Below are positions 10,255-20,112 of a stretch of DNA of 64,000 bases, in pieces (the first letter of the stretch is position 1; every line of letters begins with the position of its first letter). The DNA comes from an uncultured Acidobacteriota bacterium (GTDB taxonomy: Bacteria; Acidobacteriota; Thermoanaerobaculia; UBA5066; DATFVB01). The position numbers and the translations under genes are program-made. A model generated the notes under the pieces. The model searched no databases, was not told where the DNA came from, and was given only the letters and a program-made list of their open reading frames with translations. The stretch is taken from the NCBI GenBank assembly GCA_963813155.1, contig CAWEYG010000001.1, positions 256,001 through 320,000 of the forward strand, written 5' to 3'.

Positions 10255-11847
10255 GTGAAACACGGGTGGCTCCTCCTCCTCGCCGCGGCCCGGCTCGCGG
10301 CACAGTCGCCCGGAGCGGTTTCGGAGAGCGTCAACGTCCGGGTGATGGACATCGACGTCGTCGTGACCGAAAAGGATGGACGCCCCGTCTCCGACCTTCG
10401 AAGGGACGAGTTCCAGGTCCGCGTCGATCGAAAACCCGTGTCCATCGACTACTTCGCCTCCGTGCACGACTCCTCGGTCCACGCCCCTGATCTGACGACC
10501 CTTTCTCCCGACCTCGTCCTGAACCAGTTCGAAAAAGCCCGGGACGCCTATGTGCCGCGACATTTCCTGATCTTCTTCGACGCGAACCTTTCGCCGAACG
10601 GACGCCAGCGGACGGGCGAGGCGCTGAAAGACCTCGTGACCCGGCTCGGGCCATACGACGAGGCGCTCGTGCTCGCCGAAGGAGGGGTCCGCGTGGAAAT
10701 GCTGTCGGACTGGACCTCGAGCAAGGAAGCCCTTCTGTCTGCCCTCGATGCCGCCGAGAAACCCCGCCCGGAGACTCTCCGCCGGCTCGAGCGGGAACGC
10801 CAGGTGATCCGCGAAATCGACCTGACGAGCCAGGTGGGCGCCCGGGTCTCGCGGGCCCGAATGCACGAAGAGGAAGAGTATCGGGAGGTCGAGAGAATGA
10901 TCGTTCACCTGAACGATGCGCTCTCTCTCTTCGGGGGCAAACCGGGGAAAAAGGTCCTGCTCGACGTTTCCGGAGGATTCGAGCTCGAGCCCGGCTCGAC
11001 ACTGCTCGCCTACGCGGAGCAGAGCGAGGCTCCCACCCTGTCGTTCCGGAGGGACGTTTCGGCCGAGCTCCGGCGCGTGACCGAGCGCGCCAACGCGCTG
11101 GAAATCACGGTTTTCTCTTTCGACGCACGGGGCCTCATCGCCCCCGGAGCGGACGTCTCGAACGAAGCGCCGCTCGCCGCACGGTCCCTCTTCGCCCGGG
11201 AAGCGACCCAGGGAGGACTCGCGCTCCTCGCGGACGAAACGGGGGGAAAGGCCTACCTGAATCAGAACCGCTTCGAGCGGGCCCTGGAGAGCGTCTATCG
11301 GGAAGTCTCCTCGTACTACTCGCTCGGGGTGAACTTGAAGAATCTCCCGTCCGAGAATACCCACAAGCTCGAGGTCGCGGTCAGCCGGCCGGGACTGATC
11401 GTTCGGGCGCGGAAAACCTACACGGTCGAAACCGAGGACCAGAGGGTCGAGTCCCGCGTTCTCGCGACGCTTCTGACCGAGACGTCCTATGCCGACGTTT
11501 CCGTCTCTCTCCGGACTTCACCGGTCGAACGGGACAAAGCCGACTACGTTCTTCCCGTCCAGATCGAGATCCCCGCCCGAGATCTCACGTTCTTGCCCGA
11601 AGGAGACCGCGCTTCGGCGCGCGTCGCGTATTACCTGTCCGCGGTAAACGACCGGGGAGAGCGGACCGGAATCTCGAGAACCGAGCAGACCCTGACGATC
11701 CCTCTCAACGAATCCCGGTCGGGCCGCCCCGTTGGAGCCCGCATTCCGGTTCGTCTCGCGAAGGGAAATTACCGGATCGTGATCAACGTCCGCGACGCCG
11801 AATCGGGCCGCATGGGCACGGCCCGGACGAACGCGCGGGTGGAGTGA
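10255..11847 (+). CDS. Secreted VWA-domain protein (Acidobacterial VWFA-related type)
   Basis: Signal peptide, ESVNVRVMDIDVVVTEKDGRPVSDL, GKKVLLDVSGG, LADETGGKA, SYYSLG, VRARKTY. Confidence 0.82.
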   Translation: MKHGWLLLLAAARLAAQSPGAVSESVNVRVMDIDVVVTEKDGRPVSDLRRDEFQVRVDRKPVSIDYFASVHDSSVHAPDLTTLSPDLVLNQFEKARDAYVPRHFLIFFDANLSPNGRQRTGEALKDLVTRLGPYDEALVLAEGGVRVEMLSDWTSSKEALLSALDAAEKPRPETLRRLERERQVIREIDLTSQVGARVSRARMHEEEEYREVERMIVHLNDALSLFGGKPGKKVLLDVSGGFELEPGSTLLAYAEQSEAPTLSFRRDVSAELRRVTERANALEITVFSFDARGLIAPGADVSNEAPLAARSLFAREATQGGLALLADETGGKAYLNQNRFERALESVYREVSSYYSLGVNLKNLPSENTHKLEVAVSRPGLIVRARKTYTVETEDQRVESRVLATLLTETSYADVSVSLRTSPVERDKADYVLPVQIEIPARDLTFLPEGDRASARVAYYLSAVNDRGERTGISRTEQTLTIPLNESRSGRPVGARIPVRLAKGNYRIVINVRDAESGRMGTARTNARVE

Positions 11848-11856
11848 GATCGAGCA

Positions 11857-12210
11857 CTAGCCCTTGCGGGGCACTTTGACGAGGGCGAACCGGCTGCCGT
11901 GGGCGCTGCGGTCCGCCTCGCGCTTCAGGTAATCGATCAGGCGGTCAGCCCGCTGCTGCAGGCTCTCCAGCCGCTCTTTCATGTTGAGGATGACTTCGAC
12001 CCCCGCCAGGTTCACGCCGAGATCCCGCGTCAGCGTGAGGACGATCTCGAGCCTCTCGATCGTCTCCTGGCCGTAGAGCCGCGTGTTTCCCTCCGTCCGG
12101 TCGGGACGGATCAGCCCTTCCCGCTCGTACATGCGAAGGGTCTGCGGATGGATCGAGTAACGGCGCGCGATCTCTCCAATCAAGACCGCGCCCGAACGCC
12201 GGGCGGTCAT
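11857..12210 (-). CDS. hspR: MerR-family heat-shock repressor, HspR-like
   Basis: IHPQTLRMYEREGLIRPDRTEGNTRLY and LGVNLAGVEVIL; last gene of the dnaK operon. Confidence 0.85.
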   Translation of the reverse strand: MTARRSGAVLIGEIARRYSIHPQTLRMYEREGLIRPDRTEGNTRLYGQETIERLEIVLTLTRDLGVNLAGVEVILNMKERLESLQQRADRLIDYLKREADRSAHGSRFALVKVPRKG

Positions 12211-12656
12211 GCGTGCTCCCGGCCGGACTTCGGCGTTCCCGGATCGGACGCCTTGGGCGCCGTGATCGTCAGCACACCGGATTTGAGAGAGGCGGAGATC
12301 GTCTCGGGGTCGATCCCGCTCGGAATCTCGAATTCGCGGACGAACTCCCCGTAGACCCGTTCCATTCGGAGAAAGCGGCTCGAGGAATCCGCCTCGGGCC
12401 GGGTGCCGGAAACTCGCAGTTTCCGGCCGTGGACTTCCAGCTTCACGTCCGAGAGCGTCACGCCGGGGATCTCGACCTGGAAAACGTATTCTCCCGCCGA
12501 CTCATATGCATCGGCGGCCGGCGACCAGAGGGACTCGGACCGTTCCGCCGGCGCCTCGAGGAACTCGCGCCGGTAAAGAGTCTCCTCGAAGAGCCGGTTC
12601 ATCTTCTCCTGAATCGCGATCAACTCCTGCATCGAGTTCCAGGGGAACGTCGCCAT
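12207..12656 (-). CDS. Hsp20/alpha-crystallin small heat-shock protein
   Basis: WSPAADAYE, EIPGV, RMERVYGEFVREF, GVLTITAPK. GGAGG lies 7 nt before ATG 12656. Confidence 0.9.
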   Translation of the reverse strand: MATFPWNSMQELIAIQEKMNRLFEETLYRREFLEAPAERSESLWSPAADAYESAGEYVFQVEIPGVTLSDVKLEVHGRKLRVSGTRPEADSSSRFLRMERVYGEFVREFEIPSGIDPETISASLKSGVLTITAPKASDPGTPKSGREHA

Positions 12657-12677
12657 CGCCACACCTCCGGAGCACGA

Positions 12678-14585
12678 TCAGTTCTTGTCGCTGTCCACGT
12701 ACTCCGCGTCGATGACTTGGTCCTCTTCGCGGGCCGCCCCGGAAGGCGGCGCCTGGGTCTGGCCTTCCGGGTTCGCGCCGCCCGCGGCCGCGCCTTTGTA
12801 CATCGCCTCGGCGAGGCGGTGGGAGGCCTTCTCAAGGCTCTCGCGGGCCGCCTTCATGCGATCCGTGTCTCCCGATTCGAGAGCGCTCTTGGCCGAGGCC
12901 AGCTCCTCGTCGAGCGCTTTCGCGTCGCTCTCCGGGAGTTTCGAGCGGTTTTCGGACAGGGTCTTTTCCGTGTTGTAGACAAGCGAATCGAGATGATTCC
13001 TCGTCTCGATTTCCGCCCGGCGCTTCTGGTCCTCTTCCGAGTGGGACTGCGCGTCCTTGACCATCTTGTCGATGTCGTCCTTGGACAGGCCCGACGACGC
13101 CGTGATCGTGATCTTTTGTTCCTTGCCCGTCCCGAGGTCCTTCGCGGACACGTTCAGGATTCCGTTCGCGTCGATGTCGAAGGTCACCTCGACCTGGGGA
13201 ACGCCGCGCGGAGCCGACGGAATGCCGATCAGGTGAAACACGCCGAGAGGCTTGTTGTCCCTGGCCATCTCGCGCTCGCCCTGGAGCACCTTGATTTCCA
13301 CCGACGTCTGGTTGTCCGACGCGGTCGAAAAGACTTCGCTCTTCCGCGTCGGAATCGTCGTGTTGCGCTCGATCAGCCGGGTCGAAACGCCGCCAAGAGT
13401 CTCGATTCCGAGAGAAAGCGGCGTCACGTCGAGGAGGAGCAGGTCTTTCACGTCGCCCGCCAGAACACCGCCCTGGATCGCGGCGCCGATCGCCACGACT
13501 TCGTCGGGATTCACGCCCTTGTGCGGCTCCTTCCCGAAGAGCTCCTTGACGATCTGCTGAATTCTCGGCATGCGCGTCTGACCGCCGACGAGAACGACCT
13601 CGTCGATGTCTTTCGCTTCGACGCCCGCGTCCTTCATCGCCTGCCGGCACGGCCCGACGCTGCGCTGCACGATATCCTCGACGAGCTGCTCCAGCTTCGA
13701 CCGGGAGAGCTTCAACTGGAGATGTTTCGGCCCGCTCGCGTCCGCGGTGATGAAGGGCAGATTCAGATCCGTTTCGAGCGTCGAGGAAAGCTCGATTTTC
13801 GCCTTTTCGGCAGCCTCTTTCAGGCGCTGCATGGCCATCGCGTCCTTCGCGAGGTCGATTCCCTGATCCTTCTTGAACTCCTCGAGGATCCAGTCGACGA
13901 TGCGCTGGTCGACGTTGTCACCGCCGAGATGGGTGTCTCCGTTGGTCGACTTGACCTCGACGACGCCCTCCCCCACTTCCAGAATCGAGATGTCGAACGT
14001 GCCGCCGCCGAAATCGTACACGGCGATCGTCTCGTCTTTCTTCTTGTCCAGGCCGTACGCGAGGGCGGCGGCCGTCGGCTCGTTGACGAGCCGCTCGACC
14101 GTCAGGCCGGCGATCTGCCCCGCGTCCTTCGTCGCCTGCCGCTGGGAGTCGTTGAAATAGGCGGGCACCGTGATGACGGCCCGGGTGACCTTTTCGCCCA
14201 GGTGGGCTTCGGCGGCCTCCTTCAGCTTCTGAAGGATCATCGCCGAGATCTCCGGGGGAGAGAACTGGCGTTCGCCGGCGTCGATCCGGACGTCCCCGTT
14301 GTCGGCCTTTGCGACCTTGTAGGGGACCATCTTCATCTCCTCGTTGACCTCGGAGAATTTTCGACCCATGAAACGCTTGATCGAGAAAATGGTGTTCGTC
14401 GGATTCGTCACCGCCTGCCGCTTCGCGACCTGCCCGACGAGCCGTTCGCCCGTCTTGGAAAACGACACGATCGACGGCGTCGTTCGATTCCCTTCCGCGT
14501 TCGCGATCACGACCGGATCGCCCCCCTCCATGACGGCGACGACCGAATTCGTGGTCCCGAGATCGATTCCGATGATTTTGGCCAT
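12678..14585 (-). CDS. dnaK: Chaperone DnaK (Hsp70)
   Basis: [52 protein letters not shown] before ATG 14585. Confidence 0.99.
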   Translation of the reverse strand: MAKIIGIDLGTTNSVVAVMEGGDPVVIANAEGNRTTPSIVSFSKTGERLVGQVAKRQAVTNPTNTIFSIKRFMGRKFSEVNEEMKMVPYKVAKADNGDVRIDAGERQFSPPEISAMILQKLKEAAEAHLGEKVTRAVITVPAYFNDSQRQATKDAGQIAGLTVERLVNEPTAAALAYGLDKKKDETIAVYDFGGGTFDISILEVGEGVVEVKSTNGDTHLGGDNVDQRIVDWILEEFKKDQGIDLAKDAMAMQRLKEAAEKAKIELSSTLETDLNLPFITADASGPKHLQLKLSRSKLEQLVEDIVQRSVGPCRQAMKDAGVEAKDIDEVVLVGGQTRMPRIQQIVKELFGKEPHKGVNPDEVVAIGAAIQGGVLAGDVKDLLLLDVTPLSLGIETLGGVSTRLIERNTTIPTRKSEVFSTASDNQTSVEIKVLQGEREMARDNKPLGVFHLIGIPSAPRGVPQVEVTFDIDANGILNVSAKDLGTGKEQKITITASSGLSKDDIDKMVKDAQSHSEEDQKRRAEIETRNHLDSLVYNTEKTLSENRSKLPESDAKALDEELASAKSALESGDTDRMKAARESLEKASHRLAEAMYKGAAAGGANPEGQTQAPPSGAAREEDQVIDAEYVDSDKN

Positions 14586-14624
14586 GAGCCTTGTCCTCCT
14601 CGCTCTGAATTCTGACCCGAAGGC

Positions 14625-14653
14625 AGGATAGAACATGAGCCATGCAATGTCAA
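14625..14653 (-). promoter_or_regulatory. Sigma70-type promoter of the dnaK operon
   Basis: Minus strand TTGACA-N17-TATCCT. Confidence 0.8.
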
Positions 14654-14654
14654 T
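14634..14654. promoter_or_regulatory. Degenerate HAIR-like (HspR) operator overlapping the dnaK promoter
   Basis: CATGAGC-N7-TGTCAAT versus HAIR consensus CTTGAGT-N7-ACTCAAG (9 of 14 positions); hspR is in the same operon. Confidence 0.5.
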
Positions 14655-14695
14655 AGGGGTTTGAATTAATATAAGCCTACATAGCTAAGATTAGC

Positions 14696-15985
14696 TCATC
14701 GAACGATATCGATTCTGATATTGCTATCACCGGATACATCGTTTGTTTTCCTGTGTTTAAGTATGGCTGCCCCCTCGGATACCGGGTCGAGCGTCCGACT
14801 GACTGAGAGGTTCGGATCCAGGACGCCCGTCGATGTCTTGCCGTAGAGATCGTACTTGTCGTCCCTGCTGCGCAGAATGTAGCGATAGTCCCCGAACTCG
14901 CCCCTCGGAAGGGAGTAGTCCTCCAGAATCGATACCGAGCCCAGCCTCGAAAGGTTCTCCGGGTAGGAACCCTGGCTCAGGTAGTACAACTCGATGCCCC
15001 GGTCGACCCGCTGGAGGCGCGAGACGGAAATCGAATTCTCGAGCGACGAGAGAAAGCCGCCCGGGCGCGACGAGCGGAGGAAGATGTTGGCGGGGTTCTT
15101 CGGGAGAAACACGGCGGAAAACACACCGAGTCCGAGCAGCGCGACCGCCAGAGCTGCCACCGGCAGGGCTCGCGACGGTTCGCGAAACACCGGCGCCACG
15201 ATCCGCTCGGCTGCCGACGGCGTGCCCGTGGACGCCGGCCGGGCCACCGCGACGAGCAGCTGGCGTCCGATCAGCTGATCCATCGCCTTGACGACATCGA
15301 AGTCCGAGAGAAACGTCGATTCGGTGATTTCGGCCACCGTTCGCACGCCGTCGACCAGCTTCCACACGATCGCCTCTTCCCGCGACACGAGCAGCTCCCC
15401 CGGCTGAGGGCCCGACTCCGTCGACACGAGGGAGAGCGATTCGGTACCTGGCGCCCGCCGGAAGACGAGATCCGTCGAAGGGATTCGCGCCTCGATGAGC
15501 GGCCACTCGTCGCTCATTCGCGCGGCCTCCATCAGGATGTTCTCCGTGGCAACGGGCGTGAAGTGATCGGAATCGTAGTCGACCGAGCTCTCCTGCGAAA
15601 AGAAGTACCGGCCGTCTTTCCAGCGAAACAGCCGGTAAATCAGATTGAGGATCTGCGTGCGAAGGGCGACGCGAAGGTCGTCGGCGGAAATCGCCTTGCG
15701 GGCCAGCAGCGCGGAACCCAGGCGCTGCTTCGATCGGCGTTGCTCTTCGAGGGCGCGGTTCAGGATGTCGGGAGTGATCTTGCCGGCACGAACGAGAAGG
15801 CTCCCCACGCGATTTTCGAACGGGCGCTTCACCGAATCCGCCGCGACCACGCGCCCGTCCACGAAGGAAACGAGGACCGTGTCCTGCTCTCCCTCGACGG
15901 TGAGAACTCCGGTCTTGCGCTGGTATCCGATCAACTGAAGAATCTCGCCCAGCGAAAAGTCGCGAAGGGTTCCTCGGAGTGCCAT
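14696..15985 (-). CDS. DUF4388 domain membrane protein with pilin/GspG-like C-terminal extracytoplasmic domain
   Basis: MALRGTLRDFSLGEILQLIGYQRKTGVL, one TM helix, then IELYYLSQGSYPENLSRL...YRY...YDLYG. Confidence 0.75.
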   Translation of the reverse strand: MALRGTLRDFSLGEILQLIGYQRKTGVLTVEGEQDTVLVSFVDGRVVAADSVKRPFENRVGSLLVRAGKITPDILNRALEEQRRSKQRLGSALLARKAISADDLRVALRTQILNLIYRLFRWKDGRYFFSQESSVDYDSDHFTPVATENILMEAARMSDEWPLIEARIPSTDLVFRRAPGTESLSLVSTESGPQPGELLVSREEAIVWKLVDGVRTVAEITESTFLSDFDVVKAMDQLIGRQLLVAVARPASTGTPSAAERIVAPVFREPSRALPVAALAVALLGLGVFSAVFLPKNPANIFLRSSRPGGFLSSLENSISVSRLQRVDRGIELYYLSQGSYPENLSRLGSVSILEDYSLPRGEFGDYRYILRSRDDKYDLYGKTSTGVLDPNLSVSRTLDPVSEGAAILKHRKTNDVSGDSNIRIDIVR

Positions 15986-15987
15986 CG

Positions 15988-17880
15988 TTACGACCAGGTC
16001 GCCCGGATATTCGCGCCGAGCCAGAGCGCGAAGGCCAGCGTGCCGGCAATCGCCTCGCGCCAGGGGTAGAGCGGCCGCGACGGAAGCGAGCGGATCGGGA
16101 AGAGCCGGCCGGCCAGAAAGGCCAGCGCGAGAAAGAAAAAGAACACGAGGAAAACTCCGAACCCGAAGGCCGGCTGTCCGCGGGAGATCCGGCTCGCTCC
16201 CGGAAGCAGCAGGGAGAGGAACCTGCGCTCGCGCTGCCGGATCTTCTGCTGTCTTCTCGTCTCGCTCGAGTGGGCGACTTTCGCGGCGATGTCGGCGCCC
16301 TCTTTGGTCACGAAGAGCCGGACGCACTCTTTGCAGAAAGCCGCCGCGCTTCCGCGGGGTTTGCATCGCCGGCAGAACGTCCCGCCGCACCGGACGCATT
16401 CTTCGGCTCCGAATCCGTTGGAGCGCAGGATTGCGCCGATCAGCGCCCCGAGGAGTATGGCGGCCCACGGGCCGAGCGCCGGAACCGAAGTGAAGACCTC
16501 CGCGGCCGACGGTTCGTGGCCGATTCCGGGGAGGACCTGGCTCTTGGGCTCGCGGCCCCAGCGGCGTGACCGCGCCGCGGCCTCCTCCACGGAATAGTCG
16601 AGGCTCAACACCCGAGCGAGCGTCGGCGATTCGATCCACCGGTCCACGTCGCGCGGGGAAAGACGCCGGGCGTTCGCCAGCGACTCCTTCTGCTGGTCGA
16701 AGAGGTACGAATCCCCCTGGGCCACGCTGAGGTTGTAGAAGGCGAGCGCGGAGGCCGGCTTCGCCTGCAGGCCGTTGCGATAGTCCGTGATCGCCTCGCT
16801 CAGGTCCCCCTGCCAGAAATGGATGTTCCCCATGGCGATCATGGTTCGAAAATTCCCCGGATCATTCTTCAGTGCCTTCGCGTAGTCCGCCGAGGCTTCG
16901 TCATAATCGTCCCGGCGCTGCGCGAAGCGCCCGAGGAGGTACCAGACATCCGCGTCTTCGGGGAAGATCTGCGACGCGCGCCGGAGGAGATCGACTGAGC
17001 CGCCCTCCTCTCGCTTCTCATTGAGGTCGATGGCCGCCGAGACCAGCGGCGACCGCGCGACCAGGTTTTCGTCGGCGATCATCTGAAAGGCGGGGCCAAT
17101 CAGGCCCACGACGGCCAGGGCCGTCCACAGAACGAACCGTTCGCCGGCTTCGGCATAGAGGGACACGAGAATCGACCAGTACAGAAAGAGCCAGAGCGGT
17201 CCGAATGAAAGCCAGAGCGGCAACCCCAGAACGGCCGCCGCCACGAGTGCGGCGCCCCGCGACCCGAAGGCGGGCACGGATCGCTCCTTCAGGTCGTGCA
17301 GAAGCAGCCGGACGTAACGGATGAGGAGGGCGAGAATGAGCGCGGCCGTCGCGGCGGCGATCGATGTCGCGAGGAGAATCGCGACGTTGGACAGGAACTC
17401 CCGCCGGGACTCCTGCGCGCGAGCGAGCGCCTCGGCGCTCGCCGCGATCGCGGAAGCAGATTTCGCGTATTCGCGGCGGCTCAGGTAGATTTTCGCGCGT
17501 TCCCAGCGCGCGTCCAGCAGGTCGGGGTCCAGCTGAATGGCGGCGTCGAGAGCGAGGTTCGCCCGGGACTTCTTTCCGAGCTTCTCCGCGAGCCGCGCCT
17601 GCTGGAGAGCGGCTCGCGAAAAATCCGACAGCCGAGAGAGCCCCACCCGGTCCGCGGTCTTGAGAATGTCGGCGAGGGCCAGCCGCGCCGAGGGGAGGTC
17701 GTCGTCGTTCAGGGCCGACTGAAACTCGAACCATCTGCCGCGAAGACCGGATCTCGTCGCGGGCGGTGGAAGCGGCGCCACCATCTCTTCGGAAGCGGGA
17801 GGGGGCGGGGCCGGCGCCGGGTTGCCGGCGCGCAGCGGCGCGCTCGCCAGGAGGAGCAGGGCCGACAGAAGTTTGCGCAT
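15988..17880 (-). CDS. Multi-TM TPR-repeat protein with Cys-rich (3x CxxC) segment
   Basis: Signal peptide, TPR-like helices (DADVWYLLG, ALAFYNLS), several hydrophobic helices, CVRC...CRRC...CKEC. Confidence 0.75.
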   Translation of the reverse strand: MRKLLSALLLLASAPLRAGNPAPAPPPPASEEMVAPLPPPATRSGLRGRWFEFQSALNDDDLPSARLALADILKTADRVGLSRLSDFSRAALQQARLAEKLGKKSRANLALDAAIQLDPDLLDARWERAKIYLSRREYAKSASAIAASAEALARAQESRREFLSNVAILLATSIAAATAALILALLIRYVRLLLHDLKERSVPAFGSRGAALVAAAVLGLPLWLSFGPLWLFLYWSILVSLYAEAGERFVLWTALAVVGLIGPAFQMIADENLVARSPLVSAAIDLNEKREEGGSVDLLRRASQIFPEDADVWYLLGRFAQRRDDYDEASADYAKALKNDPGNFRTMIAMGNIHFWQGDLSEAITDYRNGLQAKPASALAFYNLSVAQGDSYLFDQQKESLANARRLSPRDVDRWIESPTLARVLSLDYSVEEAAARSRRWGREPKSQVLPGIGHEPSAAEVFTSVPALGPWAAILLGALIGAILRSNGFGAEECVRCGGTFCRRCKPRGSAAAFCKECVRLFVTKEGADIAAKVAHSSETRRQQKIRQRERRFLSLLLPGASRISRGQPAFGFGVFLVFFFFLALAFLAGRLFPIRSLPSRPLYPWREAIAGTLAFALWLGANIRATWS

Positions 17881-17895
17881 CGGCCGCGAAACGCC

Positions 17896-18360
17896 TTACC
17901 GCGAAACGGGCCGTGCGGGACCGCTCGCCTCGACGAAAGCCAGGCGCAACTCGTAGAGCACCCGCGACAGCAGGTTCTGCTCCGAGAAGGACAGATGGGT
18001 TCGCGTCTTGCGCTCGAGCATGGAGAGCCAGTCGATGAAGCGGCGCGCGCCGGCGAGATCGACCGACGCCTTCGCTCCCGGCTCGGCGAGCAGTCCGAGC
18101 GACGCGTACGCGCTCGTGGCGAGCGAGCGGACGAGGTCGAGGAATTCCGTTTCCGCTCCCGAGTCGGCCTCGGGCTCCGGGCCGGGCCCCTCCTCGCCTT
18201 CGGGAGGCTCGCTCTTCGGAGATTCCGCGACCGGAGGGGCCGCGACCGGAGGGAGGGGATCCGGAGCGTTCTCCAGCTCCTGGTACTCGGGCTTCAACCT
18301 CCCGTCGGGAGTGAACATCCGAAAATCGGAGACCTTGAGAGGCTTTTGTTCGTCCGCCAC
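17896..18360 (-). CDS. DUF1844 domain protein
   Basis: LKVSDFRMFTPDG and FLDLVRSLATSAYASLG...IDWLSMLERKT...LYELRLAFV. GTG start inferred. Confidence 0.75.
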   Translation of the reverse strand: MADEQKPLKVSDFRMFTPDGRLKPEYQELENAPDPLPPVAAPPVAESPKSEPPEGEEGPGPEPEADSGAETEFLDLVRSLATSAYASLGLLAEPGAKASVDLAGARRFIDWLSMLERKTRTHLSFSEQNLLSRVLYELRLAFVEASGPARPVSR

Positions 18361-18433
18361 CGGCACCTCGAAGACTGGCGAGAAGAGTAGCATCCTCCTC
18401 CGTCGCGCGGCAAGGCGCTAGACTCTTGCCACC

Positions 18434-19228
18434 ATGCCCGACTCGATCGAACGCCTTCTGCTCCTCGTGGAGCGGCTTCGCCGCGAATGTCCGTGGGACC
18501 GGGAACAGACGTTCGCGACCGTCCAGACCTTCCTGCTCGAGGAGGCTCACGAGGTCCTCGAAGCGCTCGACCGGGAGAGCCCGGATCAGCTCCGCGGAGA
18601 GCTCGGCGATCTTCTCTTCCAGATCCTGTTTCTCTCGCGGCTCGCCCAGGAGCGGGGCTGGTTCGGCATCGAAGACGTCGCTTGTTCGATCGAGAAGAAA
18701 ATGATCGAGCGCCATCCCCACGTCTTCGGCACGGAAAAAGCATCGGACGCCTCGGAGGTCAAGGCCAGCTGGGAGAAGCGGAAGCGCGAGGGCCGGGACC
18801 CGAAGAGCGATCCTCTCGGAACCGTCCCGAAGGCGCTGCCGTCGCTCTCGGCCGCCCTGCGAATGAGCGAGCGAGCCGCGGACCTCGGATTCGACTGGGA
18901 ACGCGACTCGGACCTTCTCGCGAAGGTCGAGGAGGAGATCGGCGAAGCCCGGCGCGAGGCGGAGCTGGGAAACACCGTGGGGAGCGAGGAAGAGCTCGGC
19001 GACCTGCTCTTCGCCCTCGCGAACTGGGGGCGGAAACGGAAGATCGACCCGGAACGCGCCCTGCGGCGCGCGAACGAAAAATTCCGGCGGCGATTTCACC
19101 GGGTTGCGGAGCTCGCTCACGAAGAGGGTCGAGACGTTTCGGGGTGCTCCGCGCCGGAGCTCGACGCATTCTGGAATCGCGTCAAGGAAGAGGAGAAGTC
19201 CGCAACTCCGAAACCCGGCACGCCGTAA
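18434..19228 (+). CDS. mazG: Nucleoside triphosphate pyrophosphohydrolase MazG
   Basis: CPWDREQT, EEAHEV, ELGDLLFQ, RHPHVFG, second EELGDLLF, ANEKFRRRF. Confidence 0.95.
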   Translation: MPDSIERLLLLVERLRRECPWDREQTFATVQTFLLEEAHEVLEALDRESPDQLRGELGDLLFQILFLSRLAQERGWFGIEDVACSIEKKMIERHPHVFGTEKASDASEVKASWEKRKREGRDPKSDPLGTVPKALPSLSAALRMSERAADLGFDWERDSDLLAKVEEEIGEARREAELGNTVGSEEELGDLLFALANWGRKRKIDPERALRRANEKFRRRFHRVAELAHEEGRDVSGCSAPELDAFWNRVKEEEKSATPKPGTP

Positions 19229-20099
19229 CGCCCCGGTCGCGAAGTTTCGGAAGCCGGCGCTCGAGAACCGCGAGCGTCGTCGGGTGCGGATGACCGATCG
19301 CGACGGCGAAACCGTCTTTTCGGCAAGCCGACTCCGCCGAGTCGAGCTGGCGCTCGACGGACTGTTCGTCGGCATCGTCGTCGAGAAAGACGCTCCGCGA
19401 GAGCACGGGAACGCCGAGCCGCATCCCCACGTCCGGGACGACCGTCAGGCCGGTCGTCCGGCTGTCGAGAAAGAAAAGGCCGCGTCGCGACAGGCCCCCG
19501 AGCAGCGCCGACACGGTCTTCCGGTCGGCGGTTCCTTTCGACCCCATGTGGTTGTTGACGCCATCCGCTCCCGGCACGCTCTCCAGGTCCGCGGCGAGCG
19601 TCGCCTCGATTTCCCCCGCGGACATCGAATCGCGGATCAGTCCGGGCCCCGGATTCATCCTCGGGTCGAGAGGTTCCATCGGAAGATGAAGAAGGACTTC
19701 CTTCCCGGCCGCGCGAAGGGCGTCGGCCGTTTCGCGGCTCCGGGGAAGCTCGGGAAGGACCGCTCCGGCGAGCGGCACCCGGATGCGCAGAAGTCGATCG
19801 AGAGCCCGGGGGTCGTTGCCGAGGTCGTCGATCACGATCGCGAGGCGGGGGCTCGCGGGAGCGCCGGAATCCGCCGTCGCGACGATTTCGTCGGTTTTCG
19901 AGGAGCGATCGCGCTGCCGGGCTTCCCGGGCCGGCGCCGGTTCGCGCGGAACGCGCGCCCGGGGCTGCTCGGCATGGGGAGACTCACGGGCCGCTGGCGC
20001 GACGGGGCGACGGTTCCACAGAAGGCCGATGGCCAGGCCCAGCCCAAAGGCCGCGGCGGCGACGAGAAGGGTACGGGATCCTGTGGGTTTCTTGGAAAT
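19182..20099 (-). CDS. Divergent polysaccharide deacetylase (YibQ/DUF610); start uncertain, probably non-canonical near 20099
   Basis: LAIVIDDLG, HLPMEP, GVNNHMGS, FFLDSRT, VFLD, AIGHP. The frame stays open upstream of GTG 19835 and encodes an N-terminal membrane anchor. Confidence 0.88.
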   Translation of the reverse strand: MSKKPTGSRTLLVAAAAFGLGLAIGLLWNRRPVAPAARESPHAEQPRARVPREPAPAREARQRDRSSKTDEIVATADSGAPASPRLAIVIDDLGNDPRALDRLLRIRVPLAGAVLPELPRSRETADALRAAGKEVLLHLPMEPLDPRMNPGPGLIRDSMSAGEIEATLAADLESVPGADGVNNHMGSKGTADRKTVSALLGGLSRRGLFFLDSRTTGLTVVPDVGMRLGVPVLSRSVFLDDDADEQSVERQLDSAESACRKDGFAVAIGHPHPTTLAVLERRLPKLRDRGVTACRVSELRTSPLP

Positions 20100-20112
20100 C
20101 GAATTCGCCGTG

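Noticed and set aside
12213-14615. 800-aa plus-strand ORF antisense to dnaK
   Set aside because: Shadow ORF; long antisense frames opposite dnaK are common in GC-rich genomes and it has no motifs.
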